The notes under the pieces are model-generated. The model was not told the origin of the DNA, did no database searches, and saw only the letters and a program-made list of their open reading frames with translations. A program made the position numbers and the translations under genes. A stretch of DNA of 64,000 nucleotides, taken from Micrococcus sp. (GTDB lineage: Bacteria; Actinomycetota; Actinomycetes; Actinomycetales; Micrococcaceae). Positions 17,775 through 27,294 of this stretch are shown in pieces (position 1 is the stretch's first letter; each line of letters opens with the position of its first letter). The stretch covers positions 90,501 to 154,500 of the forward strand of contig JASBVO010000012.1 in assembly GCA_029961105.1 (NCBI GenBank), written 5' to 3'.

Positions 17775-20189
17775 TCAGGACTCGTCGCGCTGCCGGCCGG
17801 AGGTCCGGTAGACGTCGTAGACGCCGTCGATGCGGCGCACGGAGGACAGCACGTGGCTGAGGAACTTCGGGTCGCCCATCTCGAAGACGAACTTGCTGAT
17901 CGCCACCCGGCTGCGCGAGGTGTTCACCGAGGCCGAGAGGATGTTGACGTGGTGCTCGGCCAGCACGCGGGTCACGTCCGAGAGCAGGGACTTCCGGTCG
18001 AGGGCCTCCACCTGGATCTCGACGAGGAACACCGAGGACTGGGTGGGCGCCCAGGAGACGTCCACGATCCGGTCCGGCTCACTGCGCAGCTGGCTGATGT
18101 TGCGGCAGTCGGCCCGGTGCACGGAGACGCCGGAACCGCGGGTGACGAAGCCGATGATCTCGTCCGGGGGCACCGGCGTGCAGCACCGGGCCAGCTTGAC
18201 CATCACGTCGCCGGAACCCTGGACCATGACCCCGGAGTCCGGGTGCCTGGTGGGGGGCGCGATCTTGGTGATCGGTGCGGTGTCGAGCGACTCCGCGGCC
18301 TCGGGGGCGGCCAGGAGCCTCTGCAGGTGCTCGACGACGTTCTGGACGGAGACGTGCGAGTCCCCGATCGAGGCGTAGAGCGTGGAGATGTCCGGCAGGT
18401 TCATGCCACTGGCCACCTGCGTGAGCGACTCTGCGCTCATCAGCTGGTGCAGCGGCAGGTTCATCTTGCGCAGCTGGCGCGTCAGCTGCTCCTTGCCCTT
18501 CTCGATGGACTCCTCGCGGCGTTCCTTCGAGAACCAGTGGCGGATCTTGTTCCGTGCCCGCGGGCTGCGGACGAAGCCCAGCCAGTCCTGGCTGGGGCCG
18601 GCCCCCTCGGTCCGCGAAGTGAAGATCTCCACCCAGTCACCGTGGTGCAGTTCGGAGTTGAGGGGAACCAGCTTGCCGTTGACCCGGGCGCCGATGGCGC
18701 GGTGGCCCACCTCGGTGTGGACGGCGTAGGCGAAGTCCACCGGCGTCGAGCCGGCCGGCAGGGCCATCACCTCGCCCTTGGGCGTGAAGACGAAGACCTC
18801 CGCCGCATCGATCTCCGCCCGCAGGGACTCGAGGAACTCGTTCGGGTCCGTGGTGTCCTTCTGCCAGTCCATGACGGAACGCAGCCAGCCAGGGGTCTGG
18901 TCCCCGGTGCCCGGCGCGGAGCCGGACGCCTGGTCCTTGTACTTCCAGTGCGCCGCCACGCCGTACTCCGCGCGCCGGTGCATCTCGTGGGTGCGCAGCT
19001 GGATCTCCACCGGCTTGCCGCCGGGACCGATCACCGTGGTGTGCAGCGACTGGTACATGTTCAGCTTGGGCATCGCGATGTAGTCCTTGAAGCGGCCCGG
19101 CAGCGGGCTCCACTTCGAATGCAGCACGCCCAGGGCGCCGTAGCAGTCCCGGACGGAGTCCACGAGCACGCGCACGCCCATCAGGTCGTGGATCTCGTCG
19201 AAGTCCTTCCCGCGCACGATCATCTTCTGGTAGATCGAGTAGAAGTGCTTGGGCCGGCCGGTGACGACCGCGCGGATCCTCGCCTCCTTCAGGTCCCTCT
19301 CGATCTGCCCGCGCAGGGCCGCGAGGTTCTTCTCCCGCTCCGGGGTCCGCTCCCCCACCAGGCGGACGATCTCGGCGTACACCTTGGGGTACAGGGCGGC
19401 GAAGGAGAGGTCCTCCAGCTCCCACTTGATGGTGTTCATGCCGAGCCGGTGGGCCAGCGGCGCGTAGATCTCCAGCGTCTCCTTGGCCTTGCGCGCGCTG
19501 GACTCGGGGGCGACGTAGCGCCAGGTGCGGGCGTTGTGCAGCCGGTCGGCGAGCTTGATGACCAGCACCCGCACGTCGTCCGCCATGGCCAGCACCATCT
19601 TGCGCACGGTCTCGGCCTGGGCCGCGTCCCCGAACTTCACCTTGTCCAGCTTGGTGACGCCGTCCACCAGGTGGGCGACCTCGTCCCCGAAGTCCCGGCG
19701 CAGCTGGTCGAGGGAGTAGCTGGTGTCCTCGACCGTGTCGTGCAGCAGGGCACCCGCCAGCGTCGTGCCGGTCATGCCCAGCTCGGCGAGGATCGTCGCC
19801 ACGGCCACGGGGTGGGTGATGTACGGGTCCCCGCTCTTGCGCCGCTGGCCGGCGTGGGCCTTCTCGGCGACCTCGAAGGCCCGGATGATCAGGTCCAGGT
19901 CCTCCTTGGGATGGCGGACCTTCAGGGTGCGGATCAGCGGTTCGAGGATCGGCGAGTAGTCGTTCGCCATGCGCCCCGTGAGCCGGGCCAGGCGGCTGCG
20001 GGGCCGGCGCGAGACGATGGTCGCCCCGGCCGGACCGGGCATGGGCGGTTCGAGCTCGGCCGGCGTGACGTCGGCCGGCTGGGAGGTCGGCGTGGCGGAG
20101 GTGTACGACGCCGTGCCGGGCCGCCGCTCGGCAGGCGCCGGCCCACCGTCGTGCGCGGTGGCACCGGGCCGGACCGGGTCTGCACCCAC
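17775..20189 (-). CDS. relA: bifunctional (p)ppGpp synthetase/hydrolase RelA/SpoT
   Basis: HD hydrolase motif ([21 protein letters not shown]...LLHDTVEDT), synthetase domain ([40 protein letters not shown]), and TGS and ACT domains. The start is uncertain: GTG 20189 is the longest option, and ATG 20045 or ATG 19973 are alternatives. Confidence 0.95.
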   Translation of the reverse strand: MGADPVRPGATAHDGGPAPAERRPGTASYTSATPTSQPADVTPAELEPPMPGPAGATIVSRRPRSRLARLTGRMANDYSPILEPLIRTLKVRHPKEDLDLIIRAFEVAEKAHAGQRRKSGDPYITHPVAVATILAELGMTGTTLAGALLHDTVEDTSYSLDQLRRDFGDEVAHLVDGVTKLDKVKFGDAAQAETVRKMVLAMADDVRVLVIKLADRLHNARTWRYVAPESSARKAKETLEIYAPLAHRLGMNTIKWELEDLSFAALYPKVYAEIVRLVGERTPEREKNLAALRGQIERDLKEARIRAVVTGRPKHFYSIYQKMIVRGKDFDEIHDLMGVRVLVDSVRDCYGALGVLHSKWSPLPGRFKDYIAMPKLNMYQSLHTTVIGPGGKPVEIQLRTHEMHRRAEYGVAAHWKYKDQASGSAPGTGDQTPGWLRSVMDWQKDTTDPNEFLESLRAEIDAAEVFVFTPKGEVMALPAGSTPVDFAYAVHTEVGHRAIGARVNGKLVPLNSELHHGDWVEIFTSRTEGAGPSQDWLGFVRSPRARNKIRHWFSKERREESIEKGKEQLTRQLRKMNLPLHQLMSAESLTQVASGMNLPDISTLYASIGDSHVSVQNVVEHLQRLLAAPEAAESLDTAPITKIAPPTRHPDSGVMVQGSGDVMVKLARCCTPVPPDEIIGFVTRGSGVSVHRADCRNISQLRSEPDRIVDVSWAPTQSSVFLVEIQVEALDRKSLLSDVTRVLAEHHVNILSASVNTSRSRVAISKFVFEMGDPKFLSHVLSSVRRIDGVYDVYRTSGRQRDES

Positions 20190-20269
20190 AGCTGCCTGCC
20201 TTCCCGCGGAAGCGTCGCGTCACGGCGCTGCCGCACCTTGCGGTCTCGCGTCCCGTCGTGCGGGATACT

Positions 20270-20277
20270 CCAGTCTA
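20270..20277 (-). promoter_or_regulatory. candidate -10 element TAGACTGG for relA
   Basis: The minus strand reads TAGACTGG 81 nt upstream of the longest relA start. Same octamer as upstream of rpsD and yajC. Confidence 0.3.
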
Positions 20278-20298
20278 GTCCGTCCCCGTCCGCCGCCG

Positions 20299-21315
20299 TC
20301 AGGCCGGGACGGTGCCGGCCCCGGCCGGCGTGCCCTCGCCGGCGCCGCGGCGCTCGAGCACCCGCGCGTCGTTCGCCTTGATCTTCTCCTCCCCCTGCCG
20401 CAGCAGGGCGTAGAGGGGGGCCTGGATGAAGATCGTGGCCAGGGTGCCGACGATGATGCCCACGAAGATGGCCAGGGCGATGTCCCGCAGGGTGCCCGCA
20501 CCGAGCAGGAAGGCGCCGATGAAGAGGATGGACCCGACGGGCAGGATGCCCACCACGGAGGTGTTGATCGACCGCACCAGGGTCTGGTTGATCGCGAGGT
20601 TGACGTTCTCGGCGAACGTCCGGGTGGTGTCCTCCAGATGGTGCTCGGTGTTCTCCCGGATCTTGTCGAAGACCACCACCGTGTCGTACAGCGCGTAGCT
20701 GAGGATGGTCAGGAAGCCGATGATCGCACTGGGGGTCACCTCGAACCCGGTCGCGCCGTAGATGCCGGCCGTCAGGGCCACCACGTAGAACAGGCCGATC
20801 ACCGCGGCCAGGGACATCTTCCAGGTCCGGAAGTAGATGGCCATCAGGACGGTGACCAGGACGAGGAACAGGATCAGCCCCAGCACCATCTGCTGTGAGA
20901 CCGCCTCGCCCCAGGTGGGGCCGATGAAGGTGGAGGTCACCTGGCCCTCGCCCACCCCGTAGGCCTGCTGCAGGTTGTCGGCCACGGCCAGGGTCTGGTC
21001 GTCGTCCAGCTCGTCCGTCTGGATCCGCATGGTGCCCGGGGCGATGTTCGTGACCGTCGCCTCGGCCTCGGGGACGGCCTCGCTCACGGCCTGCTCACCG
21101 GCGGCGACGTCCGTGGTCTGCACGCTGGAGACGGTGAACTCCGAGCCCCCGCGGAAGTCGATGCCGAGGTTGAACCCGCCGCGGGCCAGGGTCAGGCCCC
21201 CGGCGATCACGAGCAGGACCAGGGAGAGGGCGAACCAGAGCTTCCACTTGGCAACGAACGGATAGGACGTCTTACCGGTGTAGAGGCGGTTGCCCCACTG
21301 GGCCAGTGCACTCAC
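20299..21315 (-). CDS. secF: protein translocase subunit SecF
   Basis: 338 aa with NLGIDFRGGSEF, six TM helices and a conserved C-terminal RND-like bundle. GTGA overlap with the secD stop. Confidence 0.95.
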   Translation of the reverse strand: MSALAQWGNRLYTGKTSYPFVAKWKLWFALSLVLLVIAGGLTLARGGFNLGIDFRGGSEFTVSSVQTTDVAAGEQAVSEAVPEAEATVTNIAPGTMRIQTDELDDDQTLAVADNLQQAYGVGEGQVTSTFIGPTWGEAVSQQMVLGLILFLVLVTVLMAIYFRTWKMSLAAVIGLFYVVALTAGIYGATGFEVTPSAIIGFLTILSYALYDTVVVFDKIRENTEHHLEDTTRTFAENVNLAINQTLVRSINTSVVGILPVGSILFIGAFLLGAGTLRDIALAIFVGIIVGTLATIFIQAPLYALLRQGEEKIKANDARVLERRGAGEGTPAGAGTVPA

Positions 21316-23081
21316 TTCTGCTCCTCCGTCCGGTCGCCCGGGGTGGTACTGCCGGCGGCGTGCGAACCGACACCGGACAGCTGCTCGGCACGCCGGCGCT
21401 CGGCGATGGTCTGCCGGCGGTCCGCCTCCCGGGCGGACTTCCGGGCCTTCTTCGGGGCGGTGGCCTCGGCGTTCGGCCGGAACTGCCGGACCCTGCCGGC
21501 GCCCTGGTACAGCGGTTCACGGCCCAGCAGCGAGGGATCCAGGCCGGACAGCCGGTGCCCACCGCCGAAGAACCGGGTGTGGGCCAGCAACTGCATGACC
21601 GGGTGCGTGAACATGAACACCACGATCAGGTCGGCGATCGCCGTCAGGCCGAGCGTGAAGGCGAAGCCGCGCACGTTGCCCACGGCCACGAAGTACAGCA
21701 CCACGGCCGCCAGCAGGTTGACGGCCTTGGACGCGGTGATGGTGCGCTTGGCCCGCGACCAGCCGTACTCGACGGCCTCGGGCAGCGACCGGCCGGCCCG
21801 CAACTCGTCCTTGATGCGCTCGAAGTACACGATGAACGAGTCAGCCGTCAGGCCGATGGCCACGATCAGGCCCGCGATGCCCGCCAGCGAGAGCCGGTAG
21901 TTGTCCGACCAGCCCAGCAGGACGATGGCCAGGTAGCTGAGCAGGCCGGTCACCACGAGGGAGGCGATCGTCACGAGGCCGAGCACGCGGTATTGGAAGA
22001 ACGAGTACGCGGCGACCAGCACCAGGCCGATGAGGCCGGCGATCAGGCCGAGCCGCAGCTGATCCTCGCCGAGGGTCGCGGAGATCTGCTGCTCGGACTC
22101 GATGGTGAAGCTGATCGGCAGGGCGCCGTACTTGAGCTGCTCGGCCAGGGCGGCGGCGGACTGCTCGGTGAAGTTGCCCGTGATCTGTGCCCGGCCGTCC
22201 GTGATCACCGCGTTGGACTGGGGAGCGGAGACGACCGTGCCGTCCAGCACGATGGCGAACTGCTTGCGCGGATCCCCCTCGGGGAACGGCGTCAGTCGCT
22301 GGGTGACCTCCCGGAAGGCGTCGGCGCCCTCGTTGTTGAAGGTCAGGTTGACGGCCCACTGGTTCGTGGAGACGCCGGTGGCCGTGTTGACGAGACCGAA
22401 GTCGGCACCGGCGATGTCCGTGCCCTTGACCTCCACCGGTCCCAGGATGTACTTCACGCCCGGCTGCCCGGTCTCCTCGTCACCGGGCTGGCAGGCGATG
22501 ACCGGCTTGTCGGCGGGCAGGTCCTCCCGGTCCGGGTTGTTCATCTGCGCGGCGCAGTCATAGGCCTCGAACTCGGCCGCCAGCTCCGGGGTGATCCAGT
22601 TGGGGTCGGACCCGTTCTGAGGCTCGGCGGTCGGCTCGGGGAAGTCCTTCACCGGCGTCCGCTGGTCCTCGGGCACGGGCTCGAAGGCGCCCATGGTGAT
22701 GACCGGACGGAACTCCATGTTCGCCGAGGCCTGGATCAGCGCGCGGGTCTCGGCATCCGGGACGCCGGGCATGGACACGACGACGTTGCTGCCGCCCTGG
22801 GTAGCGATCTCCGCCTCGGCCACGCCGGAGCCGTCCACGCGCTGGCGGATGATCTCCACGGCCTGGTCGAGCTGTTCCTGGGTGACCTGCTGGTCCCCGG
22901 CGATCTCGGGGGCCAGCACCATCTGGGTGCCGCCCTCCAGGTCGAGCGCCAGCTTCGGGGCCCACTGCGCCTGGTGGGTGGCGATACCGACGCCGAGGAT
23001 CGCCGTAAGGACGAGGATCAGGCCGGTGAGCCACCAGAGCGTGCGCCGGGCGCGTCCTCGGGGGGTCTTGTCTGCTGCCAT
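21312..23081 (-). CDS. secD: protein translocase subunit SecD
   Basis: 589 aa with LALDLEGGTQMVL, a large periplasmic P1 domain and C-terminal TM bundle motifs (LSLAGIAGLIVAIGLTADSFIVYFERIKDE). Confidence 0.95.
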   Translation of the reverse strand: MAADKTPRGRARRTLWWLTGLILVLTAILGVGIATHQAQWAPKLALDLEGGTQMVLAPEIAGDQQVTQEQLDQAVEIIRQRVDGSGVAEAEIATQGGSNVVVSMPGVPDAETRALIQASANMEFRPVITMGAFEPVPEDQRTPVKDFPEPTAEPQNGSDPNWITPELAAEFEAYDCAAQMNNPDREDLPADKPVIACQPGDEETGQPGVKYILGPVEVKGTDIAGADFGLVNTATGVSTNQWAVNLTFNNEGADAFREVTQRLTPFPEGDPRKQFAIVLDGTVVSAPQSNAVITDGRAQITGNFTEQSAAALAEQLKYGALPISFTIESEQQISATLGEDQLRLGLIAGLIGLVLVAAYSFFQYRVLGLVTIASLVVTGLLSYLAIVLLGWSDNYRLSLAGIAGLIVAIGLTADSFIVYFERIKDELRAGRSLPEAVEYGWSRAKRTITASKAVNLLAAVVLYFVAVGNVRGFAFTLGLTAIADLIVVFMFTHPVMQLLAHTRFFGGGHRLSGLDPSLLGREPLYQGAGRVRQFRPNAEATAPKKARKSAREADRRQTIAERRRAEQLSGVGSHAAGSTTPGDRTEEQK

Positions 23082-23146
23082 GGGAGATTGACGGCTTTCA
23101 GTTCACGGTGGGGACAGGAGGTACTCAGGACGGCGGTGCCGTCGGT

Positions 23147-23683
23147 TCAGGGACGGTTGCCCTCGGGCCGCTGCTCGTCCGGACCGTGCTCGCCGGTGTC
23201 CTCCCGACGACGCGGGGTGTCGTCCAGGGTGGTGTCGTCCAGGGTGGTGTCGTCCAGGGCTGCCGGGGAGTCCGGGACCGAGGAGCCGGTGGGCTCGTCC
23301 CGGTAGTCCGGGGCCTGGTAGGACGCGGCCTCAGCGGGCGCCGCGGAGGCCGGCTCAACGGCCTTGCCGATCGCCTGCAGGTGCACCGTGGCCGTGGTGC
23401 CCGGGGACAGCTCGATGACGGCCTTGTTCTCCTCGGTGTCCACCGAGACGATCCGCCCGAACAGGCCCATGGTGGTCATGACCTCGACGCCGGGCGCCAG
23501 GCTGCTGCGCAGTTCCTGCTGCTGCTGCTGGGCCTTCTTGCTCCGCCGGAACATGCTGAAGATCAGGAAGCCGAAGATCAGCAGCATGATCAGCAGGAAC
23601 GGGTCGAACGGCAGACCGGGGTTCTGCGCGGCTCCGCCTTCGGCGACGATCGAGGCGGTGGTCAGGTCAGTCAACTGGGTCAC
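23147..23683 (-). CDS. yajC: preprotein translocase subunit YajC with long acidic C-terminal tail
   Basis: I take only the last 178 aa of the 313-aa ORF as real. These carry a TM helix FLLIMLLIFGFLIFSMFRRSKKAQQQQQEL, then SLAPGVEVMTTMGLFGRIVSVD...AVIEL, the YajC core. GTG 23683 is the chosen start and a nearby TTG is possible. Confidence 0.8.
   Translation of the reverse strand: MTQLTDLTTASIVAEGGAAQNPGLPFDPFLLIMLLIFGFLIFSMFRRSKKAQQQQQELRSSLAPGVEVMTTMGLFGRIVSVDTEENKAVIELSPGTTATVHLQAIGKAVEPASAAPAEAASYQAPDYRDEPTGSSVPDSPAALDDTTLDDTTLDDTPRRREDTGEHGPDEQRPEGNRP
23216..23260 (-). repeat. 3 x 15-bp in-frame tandem repeat in the yajC tail
   Basis: GGTGTCGTCCAGGGT repeated three times (the last copy ends in C), encoding LDDTT LDDTT LDDTP on the minus strand. 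Confidence 0.85.
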
Positions 23684-23727
23684 GTCAGGACACCACATTC
23701 CAGGGTCGGGGGCACAGGGCAACTTGA

Positions 23728-23763
23728 CCAGTCTACGGTGTGCCGGATCCACGGTGTGCCGGA
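23728..23763 (-). promoter_or_regulatory. candidate yajC-secDF promoter: TAGACTGG preceded by two 13-bp direct repeats
   Basis: The minus strand reads TCCGGCACACCGT-gga-TCCGGCACACCGT, running straight into AGACTGG (so TAGACTGG at 23728-23735). It lies 45-80 nt upstream of the yajC GTG. Confidence 0.3.
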
Positions 23764-23784
23764 CGCCGCCCCCGCCGGGAGCCC

Positions 23785-24933
23785 TCAGGCGTCGAAGAGC
23801 GTGTCGGCCCGGTCCCCGTCGCCCGCGCCGGGTGCGGACGGCCCGCCGTTGCCGGCGGCACCGGCGCCGGCGACCGTCCAGAAGGCGGCCCCCGGCGCCT
23901 CGGGTGGCGGCGTCAGGCCCAGGTGCTCCCAGGCCGCCGGCATGGCGATCCGTCCTCGTGGCGTCCTGCCCAGCAGTCCCTCCCGCACGAGGAAGGGCTC
24001 GGCCACGGTCTCGACCGTCTCGGTCTCCTCCCCCACCGCGATCGCCAGGGTGGACAGGCCCACCGGTCCGCCGCCGAACTTGGTGCACAGCGCCGACAGG
24101 ACGGAACGGTCCAGCCGGTCCAGCCCCAGGGCGTCGACCTCGTACATGTCCAGCGCCGCCGAGGCGGCCCGCGAGTCCACCTGCTCGACGCCGCCCACCA
24201 GGGCCCAGTCCCGGACCCGCCGCAGGAGCCGGTTGGCGATGCGCGGGGTGCCGCGGGAGCGGGAGGCGATCTGGGTGAAGCCGGCGGAGTTGACCTTCAT
24301 GTCCAGCAGCAGCGCCGAGCGCCGCAGCACCAGTTCCAGTTCCTCGGTGCTGTAGAACTCCAGGTGCCCGGTGAACCCGAACCGGTCCCGGAGCGGCCCG
24401 GGCAGCAGGCCGGCCCGGGTGGTGGCGCCCACCAGGGTGAACGGGGGGATCTCCAGGGGGATCGAGGTGGCCCCCGCGCCCTTGCCCACCACGATGTCGA
24501 CCCGGAAGTCCTCCATCGCCATGTACAGCATCTCCTCGGCCGGCCGGGACATCCGGTGGATCTCGTCCAGGAAGAGCACCTCGCCCTCGGTCAACGAGGA
24601 CAGGATCGCCGCCAGGTCACCGGCGTGCTGGATGGCCGGGCCCGAGGAGATCCGCAGCGGTGCGTTCATCTCGGCCGCGATGATCATGGCCAGGGTGGTC
24701 TTGCCCAGGCCCGGCGGGCCGGACAACAGGACGTGGTCGGCGCTGCGGCCGCGCATCCGGGCGGCCTCCAGCACGAGCGAGAGCTGGCGGCGGACCCGGT
24801 GCTGGCCGACGAAGTCATCGAGGGTCCTGGGCCGCAACGCGGCCTCGAGTTCCCGCTCCTCGCCGTCCGCGCCGCCGCCGACCACCCGGTTCGCCTCGCC
24901 CTGCCCCGGCTGGGGGCTGACTGGTTGCGTCAT
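23785..24933 (-). CDS. ruvB: Holliday junction branch migration DNA helicase RuvB
   Basis: 382 aa: [12 protein letters not shown], Walker [10 protein letters not shown], Walker [10 protein letters not shown], sensor motifs and a winged-helix C-terminus, followed by a ~40-aa Gly/Ala/Pro-rich extension. Confidence 0.97.
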   Translation of the reverse strand: MTQPVSPQPGQGEANRVVGGGADGEERELEAALRPRTLDDFVGQHRVRRQLSLVLEAARMRGRSADHVLLSGPPGLGKTTLAMIIAAEMNAPLRISSGPAIQHAGDLAAILSSLTEGEVLFLDEIHRMSRPAEEMLYMAMEDFRVDIVVGKGAGATSIPLEIPPFTLVGATTRAGLLPGPLRDRFGFTGHLEFYSTEELELVLRRSALLLDMKVNSAGFTQIASRSRGTPRIANRLLRRVRDWALVGGVEQVDSRAASAALDMYEVDALGLDRLDRSVLSALCTKFGGGPVGLSTLAIAVGEETETVETVAEPFLVREGLLGRTPRGRIAMPAAWEHLGLTPPPEAPGAAFWTVAGAGAAGNGGPSAPGAGDGDRADTLFDA

Positions 24934-24952
24934 GCCGTTCCTCCTGACTTCC

Positions 24953-25594
24953 TCACGGCCGTCCGGACCGGGCCGTCTGGCCCTGGCCGAGGTGGCGCAG
25001 GGTGGCCCGCAGCACCGAGGCGACGTCCGCGGACTCCTCGAGTTCCGGCTCGTGCTTCAGCGTGTCCTTCACGGCCTTGTCGGCGTCCTTCTCCGTCCAG
25101 CCCAGGCCGGTCAGGGCCTCGAGCACCGGGTCCAGCCAGGGCGTCGCGGCGGCCCCGCCGGACTCCTCGGCGCCTGCGGCCACCGGCGCGCCGGTCGGCA
25201 CCAGCTTGTCCGCCAGCTCCAGCACGATCCGGCGGGCGCCCTTCGGGCCGATGCCCGGGACCTTGGTGAACGTCTTGTCGTCCCCGGAGGACGCGGCGAT
25301 GCGCACGGTCTCGGGATCGTGCACCGCCAGCACGGCCAGCGCCAGCCGCGGGCCCACGCCGGAGACGCCGAGCAGGACCTCGAAGACCTCCTTCTCGTCC
25401 GCGGTGGCGAAGCCGTAGAGGGTCATGGAGTCCTCGCGCACCACCATGGTGGTGAGCACCCGCCCGGGCGCGCCCACGTGCAGGTGCGAGATCGTCTGCG
25501 GCGTGGCGGAGAACTGCATGCCGAACCCGGACACGTTGATGACGGCGTGATTGAGCGCCACGGACTCCACCGTGCCGGACAGGGACGAGATCAT
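24953..25594 (-). CDS. ruvA: Holliday junction DNA helicase RuvA
   Basis: 213 aa: [12 protein letters not shown]...[10 protein letters not shown] (OB domain), two HhH motifs ([16 protein letters not shown]; [19 protein letters not shown]) and domain III. Confidence 0.95.
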   Translation of the reverse strand: MISSLSGTVESVALNHAVINVSGFGMQFSATPQTISHLHVGAPGRVLTTMVVREDSMTLYGFATADEKEVFEVLLGVSGVGPRLALAVLAVHDPETVRIAASSGDDKTFTKVPGIGPKGARRIVLELADKLVPTGAPVAAGAEESGGAAATPWLDPVLEALTGLGWTEKDADKAVKDTLKHEPELEESADVASVLRATLRHLGQGQTARSGRP

Positions 25595-25644
25595 GCGGGC
25601 TTCACTCCAGTTCTGGGGCGGACGGGATGCGGCGTCGAACGCGA

Positions 25645-25662
25645 TTCGAAGATATCTACGAA
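25645..25662. promoter_or_regulatory. AT-rich near-palindrome between ruvC and ruvA (candidate operator/promoter)
   Basis: TTCGAAGATATCTACGAA matches its own reverse complement at 16 of 18 positions. It is flanked by TCGAAC (25635-25640) and GAAC half-site-like words, in the lowest-GC patch of the region. Confidence 0.3.
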
Positions 25663-25682
25663 CAGCCTATCCTGTCCCGCGT

Positions 25683-26330
25683 TCAGATCCGGGAACCGCT
25701 TCCCCAGCCGGCCGTGCCGCGGGACCGGCGCTCCGCCTCGAGCCAGGCACGCTGGGCCGCCGTCGCGCCGCGCCCGCCCGCGCCCGCCGCCGCGGCCGAT
25801 GCCGGGAAGCGGGAGTCCTTGCGGGGGCTGGTGAGGTTCCCGGTCTCCAGGCCGCGGCCGAGCAGGCCGCCGCGCCAGGCGTGCGTGATGGCCAGGGCCA
25901 GGGCGTCCGCGGCGTCGGCGGGCCTCGGCGGTGCGTCCAGGCGCAGGATCCGGGTCACCATGGCCGCTATCTGCTCCTTGCCCGCGTTGCCGTGGCCGGT
26001 GACCGCGGCCTTCACCTCCGAGGGGGTGTGCAGCGCCACCGGCAGTCCGCGCCGGGCAGCGGCGGCGATGACCACGCCCGAGGCCTGGGCCGTGCCCATC
26101 ACGGTCGGGGTGTTGTTCTGCGCGAACATGCGCTCGACGGCCACGTGGTCCGGGGTGTGCCGGTCCAGCCAGTCGTTGATCGCCTCGTCGATGGCCAGCA
26201 GCCGCTTGTCCAGCGTGGCGTCCGCACCGGTCCCGACGACGGTCACCCCCACGAGCGTGGCGGTGCGGTTCGGCGCCACGTCCACGACGGCGATGCCGCA
26301 CCGGGTCAGCCCCGGGTCCACGCCGAGCAC
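25683..26330 (-). CDS. ruvC: crossover junction endodeoxyribonuclease RuvC
   Basis: From GTG 26330: (M)[17 protein letters not shown]..., catalytic-Asp N-terminus, AVERMF, and a late HAW motif. GTG 26387 (19 aa longer) is the alternative start. The ORF-track start at 26465 would overlap yebC and is unlikely. Confidence 0.9.
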   Translation of the reverse strand: MLGVDPGLTRCGIAVVDVAPNRTATLVGVTVVGTGADATLDKRLLAIDEAINDWLDRHTPDHVAVERMFAQNNTPTVMGTAQASGVVIAAAARRGLPVALHTPSEVKAAVTGHGNAGKEQIAAMVTRILRLDAPPRPADAADALALAITHAWRGGLLGRGLETGNLTSPRKDSRFPASAAAAGAGGRGATAAQRAWLEAERRSRGTAGWGSGSRI

Positions 26331-26394
26331 GCGCAGCGGGCGCGCGGCCGGCCGGGCCGCGCTGACCGGTCCCGCCCTGCCCGCCACGGCTCGG

Positions 26395-27150
26395 TCAGTC
26401 CTCGTCGAGCTCGGCGAGGACCTCAGGGGCGATCTCGACGTTGGAGTAGACGCCCTGGACGTCATCGAGGTCCTCGAGGGCGTCGACGAGGGCGAGGAAG
26501 GTCTTGGCGCCCTTGGCGTCGAGGTCGACCTTCATGGTGGCGACGTACTCCATCTCATCGGTGTCGTACTCGATGCCGGCCTCGTCCAGCGCGGTGGCCA
26601 CGGCGCGCAGGTCGGAGGGGTCGCACATGACCTCGAAGGAGTCGCCGGACCGCACGACCTCCTCGGCGCCGGCGTCGAGGACGGCCATGAGGACGTCGTC
26701 CTCGGTGTTCCCCTCGGCGGGCAGCCGGACGAGGCCGGTGCGGTTGAACAGGAAGGCGACGGAGCCGGCGTCGGCCATGGTGCCGCCGTTCCGGGTGACG
26801 GCGGTGCGGACGTCCGCGGCGGCGCGGTTCTTGTTGTCCGTCAGGCACTCCACCATCAGGGCCGAGCCCTGGGGGCCGCGCACCTCGTACATGATCTCGG
26901 TGTAGTCGATGACCTCACCGGTCAGTCCGGCACCGCGCTTGATGGCGCGGTCGATGTTGTCGTTCGGGACGGACTGCTTCTTGGCCTTGGTGACCGCCAG
27001 CTCGAGCGCGGGGTTGCCGTCCAGGTCTGCGCCGCCGGCGCGGGCCGCGACCTCGATGCCCTTGACGTACTTCGCGAAGGCCTTCGCCCGCCGCGCGTCG
27101 ATCACGGCCTTCTTGTGCTTGGTGGTCGCCCACTTGGAATGCCCTGCCAC
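26395..27150 (-). CDS. yebC: YebC/PmpR family DNA-binding transcriptional regulator
   Basis: I take only the last 251 aa of the 977-aa ORF as real. GTG 27150 is preceded by GGGAGGAG with a 5-nt spacer. Sequence (M)[36 protein letters not shown] is the invariant YebC N-terminus. Confidence 0.93.
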   Translation of the reverse strand: MAGHSKWATTKHKKAVIDARRAKAFAKYVKGIEVAARAGGADLDGNPALELAVTKAKKQSVPNDNIDRAIKRGAGLTGEVIDYTEIMYEVRGPQGSALMVECLTDNKNRAAADVRTAVTRNGGTMADAGSVAFLFNRTGLVRLPAEGNTEDDVLMAVLDAGAEEVVRSGDSFEVMCDPSDLRAVATALDEAGIEYDTDEMEYVATMKVDLDAKGAKTFLALVDALEDLDDVQGVYSNVEIAPEVLAELDED

Positions 27151-27294
27151 GTGTTCTCCTCCCTGACCGGCCGTGCTGGAGCACGGCCCGCATGACTGTT
27201 GGTGATGTCCGGGTGGTACCGGCCGAAGTCTGCTGACGAGTCTAGCCGCAGCCCGCCCGGCCCCGTCGTCCGCCCTGTGCACGGAGGGGCGGTC

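Noticed and set aside
25635-25650. A genuine LexA SOS box (TCGAAC-N4-GTTCGA)
   Set aside because: The spacing is 3 nt rather than 4 and one half-site is mismatched. I kept it only as a low-confidence regulatory observation, not as a called LexA site.
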